Part shown: piece after piece, positions 1 to 11,071 of the stretch
Layout: each line of letters opens with the position of its first letter
Position numbering within the stretch: position 1 is the first letter of the stretch
NCBI GenBank assembly: GCA_031428135.1
Contig: JANPOT010000022.1
Span: forward strand, 19,201-83,200
Length of the DNA stretch: 64,000 nucleotides
DNA from: Pseudobdellovibrionaceae bacterium
GTDB lineage: Bacteria; Bdellovibrionota; Bdellovibrionia; Bdellovibrionales; Bdellovibrionaceae
Reading direction: 5' to 3'
Translations under genes and position numbers: made by a program
Notes under the pieces: generated by a model
The model's database searches: none
What the model saw: only the letters and a program-made list of their open reading frames with translations
Told to the model about the DNA's origin: nothing

Positions 1-17
1 ACAAACGATCGAGCCAT
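1..17 (-). CDS. 5' end of a gene running off the left edge (MARSF...)
   Basis: Minus-strand ATG at 17-15 preceded by a strong SD (GAGGGAGG); only 5 codons visible. Confidence 0.35.
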
Positions 18-190
18 ACTACGGCCTCCCTCTATTTTGGTCCCTGCTTTTATCACCGAGACATTAAAATGAATCAAGTGACTCACAATGACTGTATCGG
101 AATGAAATGAAAAACCTTGAGGGGTGTCTCAAAAATAAATTATTTTATGGTTTAAAGTCTGGTTTTTGATCTTAAAACGCTCAGGATGGA

Positions 191-922
191 TTAAAAAAAT
201 ATTACTGCGGCCAAACCTAAATGACCAGAATTAACAATCGGAACGAATTGAGTTTTAATTTTATTCGTAGCTTGATCAGAAATATAAATTTGATTCAAAT
301 CATTTTCGTCATAGTACGTTGCACGCCCAACGATAAATCCCAAAAATGCACCTGCTACTGTGTCCGAAAACCAATGCACATCATCTGCTAATCTTGATGC
401 GCCAACAAATGCTGCCAACGGATACGCAACCAGCGCGGCTTTCCAACCATAGGCATAGGTCAGGTGTGTCGCCGACATAAATGCAATTGATGAATGTCCT
501 GATGGAAACGACTGGTGATTATCACTGTTTCCCGGGCGCGGACGCGCAAACACAGTTTTCAATGTATATATGGCGATCCCACCATAAGCCAAACCGCGCA
601 AATGTGATTGATACACAGAAGTACGATCATCAAAATAATATTGAAAACCTGATGACAACACTGCGACGGCCCCTGTCCCCAACAAATCACCAACATGAGA
701 ATCTGATTTTGATATTTTCTGATTGTTTTTCCAATCAGCGCGCATTTGATCATCGAGGGGTTGTGACACACCCACCGCAACGGCTCCAGACAATAAAACC
801 AATAACGACGAATGATCCGAACCGCGATGCAAAACTGGATAAATATGTTTTTGTGAAAATGTTAAATCTCCAGCAAAAACAAAATACGGAAAACTATAAA
901 TAAAAATTAAAAAGCGAAACAT
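191..922 (-). CDS. PAP2-family phosphatase (lipid phosphate phosphatase-like)
   Basis: PAP2 motifs KTVFARPRP, SFPSGH, SRLADDVHWFSD; N-terminal signal-like sequence. Confidence 0.9.
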   Translation of the reverse strand: MFRFLIFIYSFPYFVFAGDLTFSQKHIYPVLHRGSDHSSLLVLLSGAVAVGVSQPLDDQMRADWKNNQKISKSDSHVGDLLGTGAVAVLSSGFQYYFDDRTSVYQSHLRGLAYGGIAIYTLKTVFARPRPGNSDNHQSFPSGHSSIAFMSATHLTYAYGWKAALVAYPLAAFVGASRLADDVHWFSDTVAGAFLGFIVGRATYYDENDLNQIYISDQATNKIKTQFVPIVNSGHLGLAAVIFF

Positions 923-974
923 AAATATATGTTCCGCTTTTTACGTTTAAATTCAATTTAAATAAAAAAAATGA

Positions 975-1589
975 TTATCTGCGACCAGATTTAATTTTTA
1001 ACTGTAATTTTGCAATTAAATGCACAGCCATTTTTTCCTGAACTCGGCACATTTTTAATTCATCACGACGGTATGAACGCTGTGATGGAGTCAACGTTCC
1101 AGTTTCCAATTCCATTTCATAATCCATTTTGCTTGAACGAATGCCTTCAAGTTCTTTGGATTGTTGTTTGAATAATTTTGTGACTCCACTGATTGGCGCA
1201 ACTTCGATCCATTCTTCTTTTTGACGGAACCAAGATACCATACGTAAAAAACGCGCTTTGTTTTTTGCCAATGTAAAACGAGGAAATCCTGTGTCAGGCA
1301 ATTCTAAAACATTTTCGACAGCATCGAAATCAAATTCTTCTTCTTCTTCAGTTGAGTCTTGCATTCCGCCTGTTGGCGCCAATGCGGCCACATCAAATTC
1401 AGTGTCGTCTTCGCCAGAAAAACGATCTACAGGGCGTTCGTCATCTTCGATGATATCGTCTTCATCATTATTATTTTTATCAGCAATCACTGACGATTTC
1501 GTAACGACTTTGATGTCTTGGTGTTCTTGATCATTTAAAGTTTGAATAACATTTGTTGTATTTTCCATTGCAGTTTCAATTGATGACAT
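975..1589 (-). CDS. Hypothetical protein, acidic N-terminal half and basic helical C-terminal half
   Basis: 204-aa ORF with GGGGAG SD; no recognised motif. Confidence 0.75.
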   Translation of the reverse strand: MSSIETAMENTTNVIQTLNDQEHQDIKVVTKSSVIADKNNNDEDDIIEDDERPVDRFSGEDDTEFDVAALAPTGGMQDSTEEEEEFDFDAVENVLELPDTGFPRFTLAKNKARFLRMVSWFRQKEEWIEVAPISGVTKLFKQQSKELEGIRSSKMDYEMELETGTLTPSQRSYRRDELKMCRVQEKMAVHLIAKLQLKIKSGRR

Positions 1590-1852
1590 GTGATCTCCCC
1601 CGAGCTCTTGTCTTTGGTTTACGATTCGTAATCGATATTTTTTGGTGTTGGATGTTTATACCTTAAATCAACCGATGTCGCAATATGTCAAATTGTTATA
1701 AGGTTAATTTTATACGATTTAGCAGAAACTTGTTTTTACCGGTAGTGACAGCACATGTGTCTAAGCCTAGAGTCAAAGCTTCAGTCTGCGGTTTTAAAAC
1801 CACGGATCAAGTGTTGTCTATTGTGGAACATTTGGCAGGCTCGAGGGGGAAT

Positions 1853-3697
1853 ATGAAAAAAAATACACGATCAACTGTGTTTGGATTTTTTACATCAATT
1901 TTAGTTTTATCTGGTTTGTTTTTTAGCTGCAGTAGTTCACAAAAACGAGAATCCGCAAACACCCTACCCAAACCAAAACATTATATTATGACATTGCATG
2001 GAATTCGCGGAAACGATGTTTCATTCGGCGATTTCCATAATCTGATAAAAACTCATTTAGAAAAAATTGATCCCGGGTACGAAGTCGTTCCGCTGAACTT
2101 AACGTATACAATTGCAGACGTGAACTACACGCCCGAAAAAGCAGGCCGCGAAATTCAAGCCAAGCTTGCCAAAATCGTTCCGGTGCTGAATCCGATCGAT
2201 CAAATTTCTGTCGTAGCGTATTCGATGGGTGGCCAAGTCGGCCTGGCTTGGTACTTCGAAGCACTCAAAGATCCCACAGCAAAAATATACGCAGATCAAG
2301 TGACTCATTTTATAGGATTGGGCGCAGCCTATTGGGGGGCCAAAGAAGCCGGCCTTGCGACGTCGGATATCCATATTTTAAAAGCAACGCTGAAACACAT
2401 ATCTGCCGAAATCAGAAATTTAATTCGCGAAAACTCATCACGTTATTTGTGGGATTCAATCACAAATACAATCATTTGGCTACAGGGAAAAACTGACGCA
2501 CAAATTAATACGACACTGGATAAGCTTCAAACCATCGAACAAATCAAGAAATTTTATGATGAAAACATCCGGACGCTTTCTGCAGTCAAAATCAGCTTCA
2601 ACGAATTCGTAGGACTTTCGCTGGGCGGCGTGCCTGAGACGAATTTACGTATTGGATTATTAAGCCAAGTCGGCAACAAAAAAAATTCAGTCAAATGGAC
2701 AACGATTGCACCCTTAGTTCAATGTTTTGAATCAAATGCCGGAGCAAAAACAGAAGGCTGTGATGATTTTCAAAATCCAGTTTTTAAATTTATCAATGAA
2801 TCAATCAATAGACCATATACATTTGGTTACAAACGACGTGAAACAGATAACGCCGTGATTACACCTTCAGGCAATGCACAGTTCATTGCTGTCGTTGATT
2901 CAAATGAAAATTATGTCGATGGACAAATCACCCCCATCAGCTCATCAAAATATGTGATCTTACCCGCAAATCACAAAGTCTATTTTACTGAAGCATCGCA
3001 TGCGACAGTTGTTTCTGCTGGCCAATACGACAAAGCAATCATCAATTTAAATAAATTGGGCGATTCATGGACCAGGTTGGCCTTGGATGTTGTTCTGGTT
3101 TATAATTCAAACTGCACTGACAACAGCAAATGTGCTACGCACCCGTCTTATAAATATGTACTTAATGCCTTAGCCGATTGCGATCGCGTAAATTCGACGT
3201 GTGATTCAAACGATAAAACTTTAAATACAATTTTTAACAAAGACACCGTGCGCACTGCTCAGGATAAATTAGCCTCTGAAATGCACGGTTTTACAGTCGA
3301 GTTGAATTTACGATTACCCAAAGGCTATGATATTTCAAAATTTGATGAAAAAAATATTTTAAACCATATTCAGTTCGAAACAGAAAAAATAAATGAAACG
3401 AAATATTTAAAATCGTCACTTAATTCTGAAACCAAAATCGCAATTGCCAGGGAAAAAGAAGTCGCTTCGATATTAATAAAAAAAATGACTGATTACAAAG
3501 ACCAAGATCAGCTGAAGGTCGTATTAACTGGATTATTTATTCCAAACGAGGATTCAAAATACAATTACCGTGCCTTAGAAAATGGAACAGCCATTTCATT
3601 CAAGATTGACCTGCCCGGAATTAAATCACGATTGATCAATACAATTGTTCGTCCTTACCATTCAACGTTTTTGGATTTGAAAATGAGTCCTCAATAA
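1853..3697 (+). CDS. Lipoprotein with alpha/beta-hydrolase (lipase/esterase-like) domain and long C-terminal region
   Basis: Start reassigned to ATG 1853 (SD GAGGGGG); lipobox LFFSC; oxyanion LHGIRG; nucleophile elbow AYSMGG. Confidence 0.8.
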   Translation: MKKNTRSTVFGFFTSILVLSGLFFSCSSSQKRESANTLPKPKHYIMTLHGIRGNDVSFGDFHNLIKTHLEKIDPGYEVVPLNLTYTIADVNYTPEKAGREIQAKLAKIVPVLNPIDQISVVAYSMGGQVGLAWYFEALKDPTAKIYADQVTHFIGLGAAYWGAKEAGLATSDIHILKATLKHISAEIRNLIRENSSRYLWDSITNTIIWLQGKTDAQINTTLDKLQTIEQIKKFYDENIRTLSAVKISFNEFVGLSLGGVPETNLRIGLLSQVGNKKNSVKWTTIAPLVQCFESNAGAKTEGCDDFQNPVFKFINESINRPYTFGYKRRETDNAVITPSGNAQFIAVVDSNENYVDGQITPISSSKYVILPANHKVYFTEASHATVVSAGQYDKAIINLNKLGDSWTRLALDVVLVYNSNCTDNSKCATHPSYKYVLNALADCDRVNSTCDSNDKTLNTIFNKDTVRTAQDKLASEMHGFTVELNLRLPKGYDISKFDEKNILNHIQFETEKINETKYLKSSLNSETKIAIAREKEVASILIKKMTDYKDQDQLKVVLTGLFIPNEDSKYNYRALENGTAISFKIDLPGIKSRLINTIVRPYHSTFLDLKMSPQ

Positions 3698-4542
3698 TGA
3701 ATAAAATTTTAAGCATCCTGTTGTTTTCATTATTTTCAATAGCTAGCCAAGCCAACGATGTCGTTGTCCTTGTACCAGGATTTTTTAATGCCTTTGCGCC
3801 TGATTATTTTTCAAAAGATATTGTGCATTCATTCCAGAAAAAAGGTTTTCGCGTTTATGTCATCGAAGGATTAAATCCTATCGGCACGATCGAAGAAAAT
3901 GGCACACGATTAATTCCGCAGCTGCAGCACATTCGAAAAAATGAAACTGGAAAAATAAATATTATTGCTCATAGCGCCGGAGGTTTTTATTCGTTGTACG
4001 CCATACAAAATGGCAAAGTCGACATTAAAAATTTAGTGACTATCAGCACTCCGTATTTGGGCTTAGATTTTATCCAAGCTTGGCGCAACAATTCATCGTT
4101 ATTTACTGATTTAACGAACCTGGCATCAATCGAAGGGCTTAAACAGTTAACTCCGGAATACGTTGCAAATTTTGCAAAAAATATTCGCGTGCCTGAAGAG
4201 TTGAAAATATTTACGTACGGCGGATGGCAACCGCGCAGTTTGGATATTTGGAATGCTAAAAATTTATCAGGCGTACTCAGAGTCACAGATCATTTTATTC
4301 CGGGTGACTCAGATGGCATAGTCAGCTTTAAATCAAGTCTGGGAATTCATGGTTTTTTGACGAAATCAAATAAATCAGCCAAAATGTTTGTCGACCTAAA
4401 TTTTACGATTCCGTTGGAACACTGGGAACAAGTCTTGGATTATAAAAATTTTATTTTATTAGGCACCAGAAACATCAGCACCATTCAAGATCGACAGATT
4501 CGTTTTTATTCACAAATTGCAGATCTTGTTTCTAAAAACTAA
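3697..4542 (+). CDS. Secreted lipase, alpha/beta hydrolase
   Basis: Signal peptide; VPGFF; AHSAGG elbow; SDGIV and terminal HWEQ triad motifs; TAATG coupling to the upstream gene. Confidence 0.85.
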   Translation: MNKILSILLFSLFSIASQANDVVVLVPGFFNAFAPDYFSKDIVHSFQKKGFRVYVIEGLNPIGTIEENGTRLIPQLQHIRKNETGKINIIAHSAGGFYSLYAIQNGKVDIKNLVTISTPYLGLDFIQAWRNNSSLFTDLTNLASIEGLKQLTPEYVANFAKNIRVPEELKIFTYGGWQPRSLDIWNAKNLSGVLRVTDHFIPGDSDGIVSFKSSLGIHGFLTKSNKSAKMFVDLNFTIPLEHWEQVLDYKNFILLGTRNISTIQDRQIRFYSQIADLVSKN

Positions 4543-4550
4543 TTTTTTTA

Positions 4551-7500
4551 TTAGTTAGAAATCAATAAATCAAAGTCTTCTTTTGACAATCCACCTGAAT
4601 TTTTTGCAAGCTTCGTCGGATTTTCAACGTCAGACAATAAGGCCTGAAATTTACGATCCTTGCGCTCTTTAAGGATTTCAATTTTTTCCTCTAAAGACTC
4701 ATGCATAATGTATTTGAAGACTTGGACAGGCTTTTCCTGACCCAGCCTGTGCGCCCGATCCGTCGCTTGATTTTCAACCGATGGGTTCCACCATGGCTCT
4801 AAATGGAATACATAACTGGCTTTGGTTAAGTTTAAACCTACGCCACCCGTTTTTAACGTCATCAAAAGTACAGCGCCGGATTTCAAATGATGGAAATCTG
4901 ACAGAATAACCTGACGTTGTTTTGTTGGAACACCACCGTGTAAAACAAATACAGGAATATTATTTTTACGTAAAACCTCGGCCGTTCTGTTCAGAGTTTG
5001 AATAAACTGTGTAAATACTAATGCACTTTCACCGCTACTAATGATTTCGGTCACTGATTCCAACAGTGTCTGAATCTTAGGTGGTATTTTTTCATACTTC
5101 ACATTTGGTAATGCCGCAGGATCCGAGCATGCTTGGCGCAAACGTAAAAGCGCCGTTAACATTTGTAACTGGACATTGGGGGCTTTTGCGTCATTTGCTG
5201 GAAATTCAGACGTAAATTCATCAGTAAACTGACCCACATCTTCGATGTTATCATTATCAATGTCGTCAGTGTTTTTTAAATCAGCATTATTTTTAGCAGT
5301 CATATCCGTCAAAGCTTCTTGGATCTGGCGATTATAGGACAATGCAATATCACGATAAATTTGTTTTTGCTGATCTTCAAATGCAATTGATAATTTACTT
5401 TCTTGCTTCATTGGCAACTGATCTAAAATTTCCTTTTTAGTACGGCGTAACAACAAGGGCTTCATTTTTAATTTTAAATCGCTCATTTGTTCAGATGTGA
5501 TGATATCTGTATTTACGAACTGACGTCTAAAATCTTCAATTCGCCCTAATGAACCTGGCACCAAAATATCCATCAAAGAATAAAATTCACCGTAATGATT
5601 TTCCATCGGAGTACCCGTCAGGCAAATTTTGAATTGCGCTGACAATGACCTGGCTGCAGTTGTTCGTTTTGTTGCAATATTTTTTAAATTTTGCGCCTCA
5701 TCAAAAATAATTGTTTTCCATTTATATTGATCAAAATATTGATCGTGCTCCAACAGTAAACCATAGGTCGTAATGACCAACATCGGTATTTGATTCGCAA
5801 ATTTTTGGCCGACTTCATCCAATTTTTTGCTGTTAAATATCATCAATGGTAATTCCGGAGCAAATTTTTCAATTTCATTTTGCCAATTAAAAATCAAAGA
5901 CGATGGCACAACAATCAAAACTTGGCCCAGGTCATTTTTTTGTCGCAGAATTTCTAAAAAACATAATGCCTGTAATGTTTTTCCCAAACCCATATCATCC
6001 GCTAACAGGGCTCCTAATTTTAAATTATAGAGGTCTAAAATCCACTGAACACCGTACACCTGGTATGGCTTCAGATCCGCTTTAATTGTATTTGGAATCT
6101 GATTCAAAGGGCGAGTTGCACCCAATTGATCATAAAAATCACATAACTTTTTCCATTCATGATCGCCTCGAATTTGTATACCCGAAGCTCTTAATGCCAA
6201 CAGTTCTAATGTTTGATTGCGTGGCAATTGGTAAATTTTATCGTTTTTTTTCTGTTTAGAACTTTCGACTTTACCTTTTTGCAATTTTTGCCAAAAATGT
6301 TGCAGTCGACGTAATGAAGGAATTTGTTTCGCTGCCAAAATATAAATTTGACCTTCGTATTCGATGATTCCACCCTGGCTGCCTGTTAAAAATCGATCAG
6401 GGTCAACAGCTTTTCCATTTAAAAAAAACTGCGGGTTGAGTTCAAACCAATTAAAGTTTTTATTTTGATCCAGTTCGGATTCTAAAACAAAATCGACTTT
6501 GAATTGGTCTTCGTTTAATTCTTGCAATGGTTTGTCATTATAAAAAATAACAAAACCATGGGGAATCAATGGCTGCAAAGCATTTAATAAATCAACTAAA
6601 TGTTTGGATAACAAATCCATTTGAGTTTGAAATGAAGATCTGGGTTTTTTAAAAAATTCAGCTGAAGAATCAAAAATCATTTTTTGCATTAATGTAAATA
6701 TCAGCCTGAATTCTTTTTCGACTAATTGTTTCAAAACAATTTCGCCATTTTCTGAATAATAAGATTCGTCTGAATTGAAATTAAAAATTAATTCATCGAC
6801 CCATTTTTCAAAATAAATTAATACAGATTTTGAACACAAATCGACTAATGATTGATCTTGAAAAAATGTATTCCCTGGGCCCGCAATTAAAATATTTTTG
6901 ATGTTTTCATGCAAACTGATAAATACTGCGTCTTTTTGGTCTGTATCGATGATTCGTCCATCAGAGAGCTCTTTATAAAACAAATAATGTAAAACTTCAT
7001 AGGTTACATATTGTAAAATTCCGGTGTGTTTTAATATTTTCAGATCCCACTCTCGTCTGCGGGCTTGATTTGATGCCAGATCTTTGGGTTCAGCTTTTAA
7101 ATAAAATGATAGGCCTTCGGACAATGATTTAATCACTGTTGCTGAAATTTCAGACCAGTCTTTTTTGATTAAATCTTTTTGATCCGGAACACGCGCATGA
7201 GCTGCGATTTTTAATTCATTTTGGTCAGACAAATGAATGTGCAATTCGTGTTGGTTCATCGGAATTGTAATCGTATCCCCGCCGACTGTTGTTGGGATTG
7301 ATCTGGATTTTAAATATTGAATTGTTTTTTTAGCTAAAATTTGACTGGTGACTTCGAACTGAGGTCCCGATTGATTAAAAATTTCAACTTCTGATCCGAA
7401 AGATTTCAATTTTTCATCCAAGCAAATAAATTCATTCCGCCATGGGTATAATAAAATTGTCTGATCCTCAGGACGAATTGCAAATGAACTTAAGAAAAAT

Positions 7501-8180
7501 ATTTCAGCAGGCCCTTTTGAAATTAATTTAAATTCACAAACATAATTTTTATATTCATTAATCAGAACGCGCCAATCCAGTTCTGGTTTTAAATCAATTT
7601 CAAGACGTTGTATTTGGAACGCTTTTGATAAATTTGAAAAAGTCTGTAAATAAATTGGTGTCGTTTTTAGACTAATGGCTTTTGAAATTTGATTCATCAC
7701 CGCCTGCATGATTTTTTCAACTTCATTCACGGTTTGGCTTTTGAATGAATTTTTATATCTACTGAGTAGTGGCCATTGGGGATCTGCCGGTGAAATATCA
7801 AATTTATGATGTGGCAATAAATGTATCGGCACTTTTTTAGCCAATGGGTGTCGTAAAATGTCTTGGGCTGCGAACTGCATTCCGTTACTAAAATTATATC
7901 TGATCGATTCGGTCAAATGATTCAGTAAATTCACTTCGTGTAAAGTATTGCTTGAAAAAGAAATCAATTTTTTACGAAAAACTTCCGGCATATCCCAAGC
8001 ACGGGGCATAAATAATTCATCGTCTTTGTCGATATTTGTGAATTTATAATTTGTAAAATCAACATTTAGAAAATTCTTTACACTTTGGTCTTTGAACAAA
8101 GCAGCATCTTCCATAAATAAGCTTATGGAATCAAAAGTAACGTCATTAAATTTCTGGAATAATGTCTCGAATTTGCTCAA
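4551..8180 (-). CDS. SNF2/SWI2-family helicase-like ATPase
   Basis: LLADDMGLGKT, DEAQNLKN, LTGTPMEN, LRLRQAC, GGVGLNLT, EPWWNP, QATDRAHRLGQ. Confidence 0.95.
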   Translation of the reverse strand: MSKFETLFQKFNDVTFDSISLFMEDAALFKDQSVKNFLNVDFTNYKFTNIDKDDELFMPRAWDMPEVFRKKLISFSSNTLHEVNLLNHLTESIRYNFSNGMQFAAQDILRHPLAKKVPIHLLPHHKFDISPADPQWPLLSRYKNSFKSQTVNEVEKIMQAVMNQISKAISLKTTPIYLQTFSNLSKAFQIQRLEIDLKPELDWRVLINEYKNYVCEFKLISKGPAEIFFLSSFAIRPEDQTILLYPWRNEFICLDEKLKSFGSEVEIFNQSGPQFEVTSQILAKKTIQYLKSRSIPTTVGGDTITIPMNQHELHIHLSDQNELKIAAHARVPDQKDLIKKDWSEISATVIKSLSEGLSFYLKAEPKDLASNQARRREWDLKILKHTGILQYVTYEVLHYLFYKELSDGRIIDTDQKDAVFISLHENIKNILIAGPGNTFFQDQSLVDLCSKSVLIYFEKWVDELIFNFNSDESYYSENGEIVLKQLVEKEFRLIFTLMQKMIFDSSAEFFKKPRSSFQTQMDLLSKHLVDLLNALQPLIPHGFVIFYNDKPLQELNEDQFKVDFVLESELDQNKNFNWFELNPQFFLNGKAVDPDRFLTGSQGGIIEYEGQIYILAAKQIPSLRRLQHFWQKLQKGKVESSKQKKNDKIYQLPRNQTLELLALRASGIQIRGDHEWKKLCDFYDQLGATRPLNQIPNTIKADLKPYQVYGVQWILDLYNLKLGALLADDMGLGKTLQALCFLEILRQKNDLGQVLIVVPSSLIFNWQNEIEKFAPELPLMIFNSKKLDEVGQKFANQIPMLVITTYGLLLEHDQYFDQYKWKTIIFDEAQNLKNIATKRTTAARSLSAQFKICLTGTPMENHYGEFYSLMDILVPGSLGRIEDFRRQFVNTDIITSEQMSDLKLKMKPLLLRRTKKEILDQLPMKQESKLSIAFEDQQKQIYRDIALSYNRQIQEALTDMTAKNNADLKNTDDIDNDNIEDVGQFTDEFTSEFPANDAKAPNVQLQMLTALLRLRQACSDPAALPNVKYEKIPPKIQTLLESVTEIISSGESALVFTQFIQTLNRTAEVLRKNNIPVFVLHGGVPTKQRQVILSDFHHLKSGAVLLMTLKTGGVGLNLTKASYVFHLEPWWNPSVENQATDRAHRLGQEKPVQVFKYIMHESLEEKIEILKERKDRKFQALLSDVENPTKLAKNSGGLSKEDFDLLISN

Positions 8181-8367
8181 TCAGGCATGATACATCTGAA
8201 AATGTAACTGTCAAACGAGGAAGTTCATTTCAGGTGTCGATTTAAAAATTTGATTCTAAATATGCTTATTATTTCGCAAGATAAGAAATTGATTGTATAT
8301 AATAACGAAATATGCATATCGATTTTTGGCTTGTAAATTCAAAGCCTCTCATAAAAGAGCTGCTATT

Positions 8368-9006
8368 TTACCATTTTTTTTGTTGAGCGTACGATTTCCA
8401 TTGCGAAATTATTTCTTTTTCGTTTTTACCAGAAAATCGAACATCAGTTAATTTTTGCAAAGCTTCGATGCCGATCAAAGCCATTTTTGAATCTTTTTCG
8501 TGTAAAAATTGAACAAAAAAGGGTTTTTCCTGAGCCAACGGTTTTTCTGCCAAATGACTTAACATTTGTGGCCTGATCCATAAACTGGCTTGTCCATTGA
8601 AGTTATATTTTTTTGTTAATTCTTCAGAAAAAATTCTGCGAACATCGGTGTTATCCAATCTTATTAAAATATCCGCCGATGCAGATCGAACGACTAATGA
8701 TTTGTCAGAAATTAATTCTTTGGCTTTGTCATAAACCAAATCAGTTCCTATTTTTTCTAATGCAACTAAAGTTGCATTACGCATAAACCAGTCTTTGTCT
8801 TTGGCAAATGCAATAATTTTTTGAATTTGTGATCCATCAGCTGATTCTGCTGCCAACAATAAGGCTTTCCATCTTGAACTCATTGGCAATGCTGTGTTTT
8901 TTGCCAATATGTACTGAGCTTCAAAATTATTTATTTCAGATTCAGGCAATGATGCTGTAGCGACCAGCGACGATAGAGTTATTAAGACAATTAAAAATTT
9001 TTTCAT
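8368..9006 (-). CDS. Secreted HEAT-repeat protein
   Basis: Signal peptide; HEAT-like units DKDWFMRNATLVAL and DKSLVVRSASADIL. Confidence 0.75.
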   Translation of the reverse strand: MKKFLIVLITLSSLVATASLPESEINNFEAQYILAKNTALPMSSRWKALLLAAESADGSQIQKIIAFAKDKDWFMRNATLVALEKIGTDLVYDKAKELISDKSLVVRSASADILIRLDNTDVRRIFSEELTKKYNFNGQASLWIRPQMLSHLAEKPLAQEKPFFVQFLHEKDSKMALIGIEALQKLTDVRFSGKNEKEIISQWKSYAQQKKW

Positions 9007-9009
9007 TTT

Positions 9010-9630
9010 TTATGTTCCCTTTATTTTTTCAAATTGTTCAATAAGATTTTTTTCTTGATCGGTGACAATTGTGTTTTCGACCTGTGCTGAATCCTGATTT
9101 TCATTCAATACTGATGATTTTTGATTTTTAATTTGCATCATTAGTTTTTGATTTTCTTCGCGCAATTGATATAAATCTGCAATGTCTTCGGCAATGACTT
9201 CGTAATCACTTAATCTGTTTTTTAAATCTTCGATCTGTTTTTTATATTCACTTTCATCAACAGCCACTGTTGATGAAAGTGTTGCATTATTATTTGAAAT
9301 CGTGTTCTGGTCTGCGATCTGTTGTTTCAGTTTTAAATTTTCTGCTTGAATTTTTTCGATCTGTTCAATCGCTTCTGATGAAGACGCCGTTATATTAAAT
9401 GTTTGTTCTGAATTGTTTTTTTGCTGGGATATTGATTCGGATATTTGATACGTTTTTTTTACAGAATTTGTGGAATTATTTTCTGTTAAATTGTCTGTAT
9501 TGGCTGATGGTTTACTTTGAACAAAAAATAACCTAAAGATAAAGAAACACAATAATAGCCCTATAATAACAGACAACGACTGAATCATCAGTGAATTATT
9601 TTTTGAATACCAATACAGCAATTGTTCCAT
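9010..9630 (-). CDS. Membrane-anchored coiled-coil hypothetical protein
   Basis: One N-terminal TM helix, then heptad-rich segments. Confidence 0.75.
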   Translation of the reverse strand: MEQLLYWYSKNNSLMIQSLSVIIGLLLCFFIFRLFFVQSKPSANTDNLTENNSTNSVKKTYQISESISQQKNNSEQTFNITASSSEAIEQIEKIQAENLKLKQQIADQNTISNNNATLSSTVAVDESEYKKQIEDLKNRLSDYEVIAEDIADLYQLREENQKLMMQIKNQKSSVLNENQDSAQVENTIVTDQEKNLIEQFEKIKGT

Positions 9631-9730
9631 TCATCCAATTCTATATAAACACAGGGTTTTTGCATAGACTTTGCATGTAATCAGCAAACTGGACTGGACC
9701 ATTGGCCATTCTTTTGTTATTATTCTAAAT

Positions 9731-11071
9731 ATGGCGCATTACGATTTGATCATTAAAAACGCAACAGTTTCAACTTATCATCAGAAAAATTTACGCGTTG
9801 AAACCGAAATAACAAATATCGGAATCAGCCATCAAAAAATTATTTCGCTCAATACTCTATCCACCGATACCGCAACCGAAGAAATCAATTTACGAGGACT
9901 GCATCTGCTGCCTGGAATTATTGATTCGCAGGTTCATTTCCGAGAACCCGGGATGACACACAAAGAAGACCTTGAATCTGGAACCAGATCTGCGTTGATG
10001 GGTGGCGTGACCAGTATATTTGAAATGCCAAATACTAATCCATCAACAACGACTCCTGAACAATTTCAAGAAAAATTAAATTTAGCAAAAAACCGTGCTC
10101 ATTGCCATTATGCATTTTTTATTGGTGGAGCTTCGGATAATTTTTTTGATTTAAATAAATTAGAAAATTTACCACACTGCTCGGGCGTCAAAGTTTTTTT
10201 AGGCAGCTCTTTTGGAAACCTGTTGGTTGATGATGATACAATTTTTAAACAAATTTTAAAGAATGGAAAACGTCGCGTGATTATTCATTCCGAAGACGAA
10301 GCCCGTTTAAAATCGCGTAAACAAATTGCCATCGATGCTATGCATCCTCGAGCACATCCTATTTGGCGCGATGAAGAAAGCGCGATGATTTCTACAAAAA
10401 AATCGATTGCCTTTGCGCGTGAAGCCCAGCGCCCAGTTCATATCTTGCATATTTCATCTTCTGAAGAAATGCAGTTCTTAAAACAAAATAAAGACATTGC
10501 TACCGTTGAAATTTTACCACAATATTTAACTTTGTCGGCACCCGAATGTTACGAACGGCTGGGCACCTTTGCTCAGCAAAATCCACCCATCAGAGACAAA
10601 CGGCATATGGAATTTTTATGGCGCGCCATGCACGACGGCACTGTTGATGTGATTGGTTCAGATCATGCGCCACATACGATCGATGAAAAAAACAAACCTT
10701 ACCCACAATCACCCAGCGGGCTGCCCGGCGTTCAAACATTGGTTCCTATCATGTTGAATCATGTAAATAAAAATAATTTACAACTGAAACAATTTGTTCA
10801 AATGACCACTGAAAACCCACGTCGTATTTTCGGCGCCAAAAACAAAGGTCGTATTGCCGTAGGATTTGATGCTGATTTCACAGTCATTGATTTAAAACGG
10901 ATCGAAGAAATCAAATCGACATGGCTGCAAAGCAAAGTCGGATGGTCGCCATTTATGGGCATGCGTGTTCAAGGATGGCCTGTGATGACAATTTTAAACG
11001 GGAAAATTTGTATGCGTGATTCCCAAATTATTCAACCTAATTCAGGCCAGGCCATTCATTTTGAATACTGA
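9731..11071 (+). CDS. pyrC: Dihydroorotase (amidohydrolase superfamily)
   Basis: IDSQVHFREPG, FEMPNT, HILHIS, GSDHAPH; start reassigned to ATG 9731. Confidence 0.88.
   Translation: MAHYDLIIKNATVSTYHQKNLRVETEITNIGISHQKIISLNTLSTDTATEEINLRGLHLLPGIIDSQVHFREPGMTHKEDLESGTRSALMGGVTSIFEMPNTNPSTTTPEQFQEKLNLAKNRAHCHYAFFIGGASDNFFDLNKLENLPHCSGVKVFLGSSFGNLLVDDDTIFKQILKNGKRRVIIHSEDEARLKSRKQIAIDAMHPRAHPIWRDEESAMISTKKSIAFAREAQRPVHILHISSSEEMQFLKQNKDIATVEILPQYLTLSAPECYERLGTFAQQNPPIRDKRHMEFLWRAMHDGTVDVIGSDHAPHTIDEKNKPYPQSPSGLPGVQTLVPIMLNHVNKNNLQLKQFVQMTTENPRRIFGAKNKGRIAVGFDADFTVIDLKRIEEIKSTWLQSKVGWSPFMGMRVQGWPVMTILNGKICMRDSQIIQPNSGQAIHFEY

Noticed and set aside
9910-9960. DSQVH instead of DxHxH in dihydroorotase as loss of function
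   Set aside because: From memory this Gln variant is common in one dihydroorotase subgroup, and other ligands are intact.
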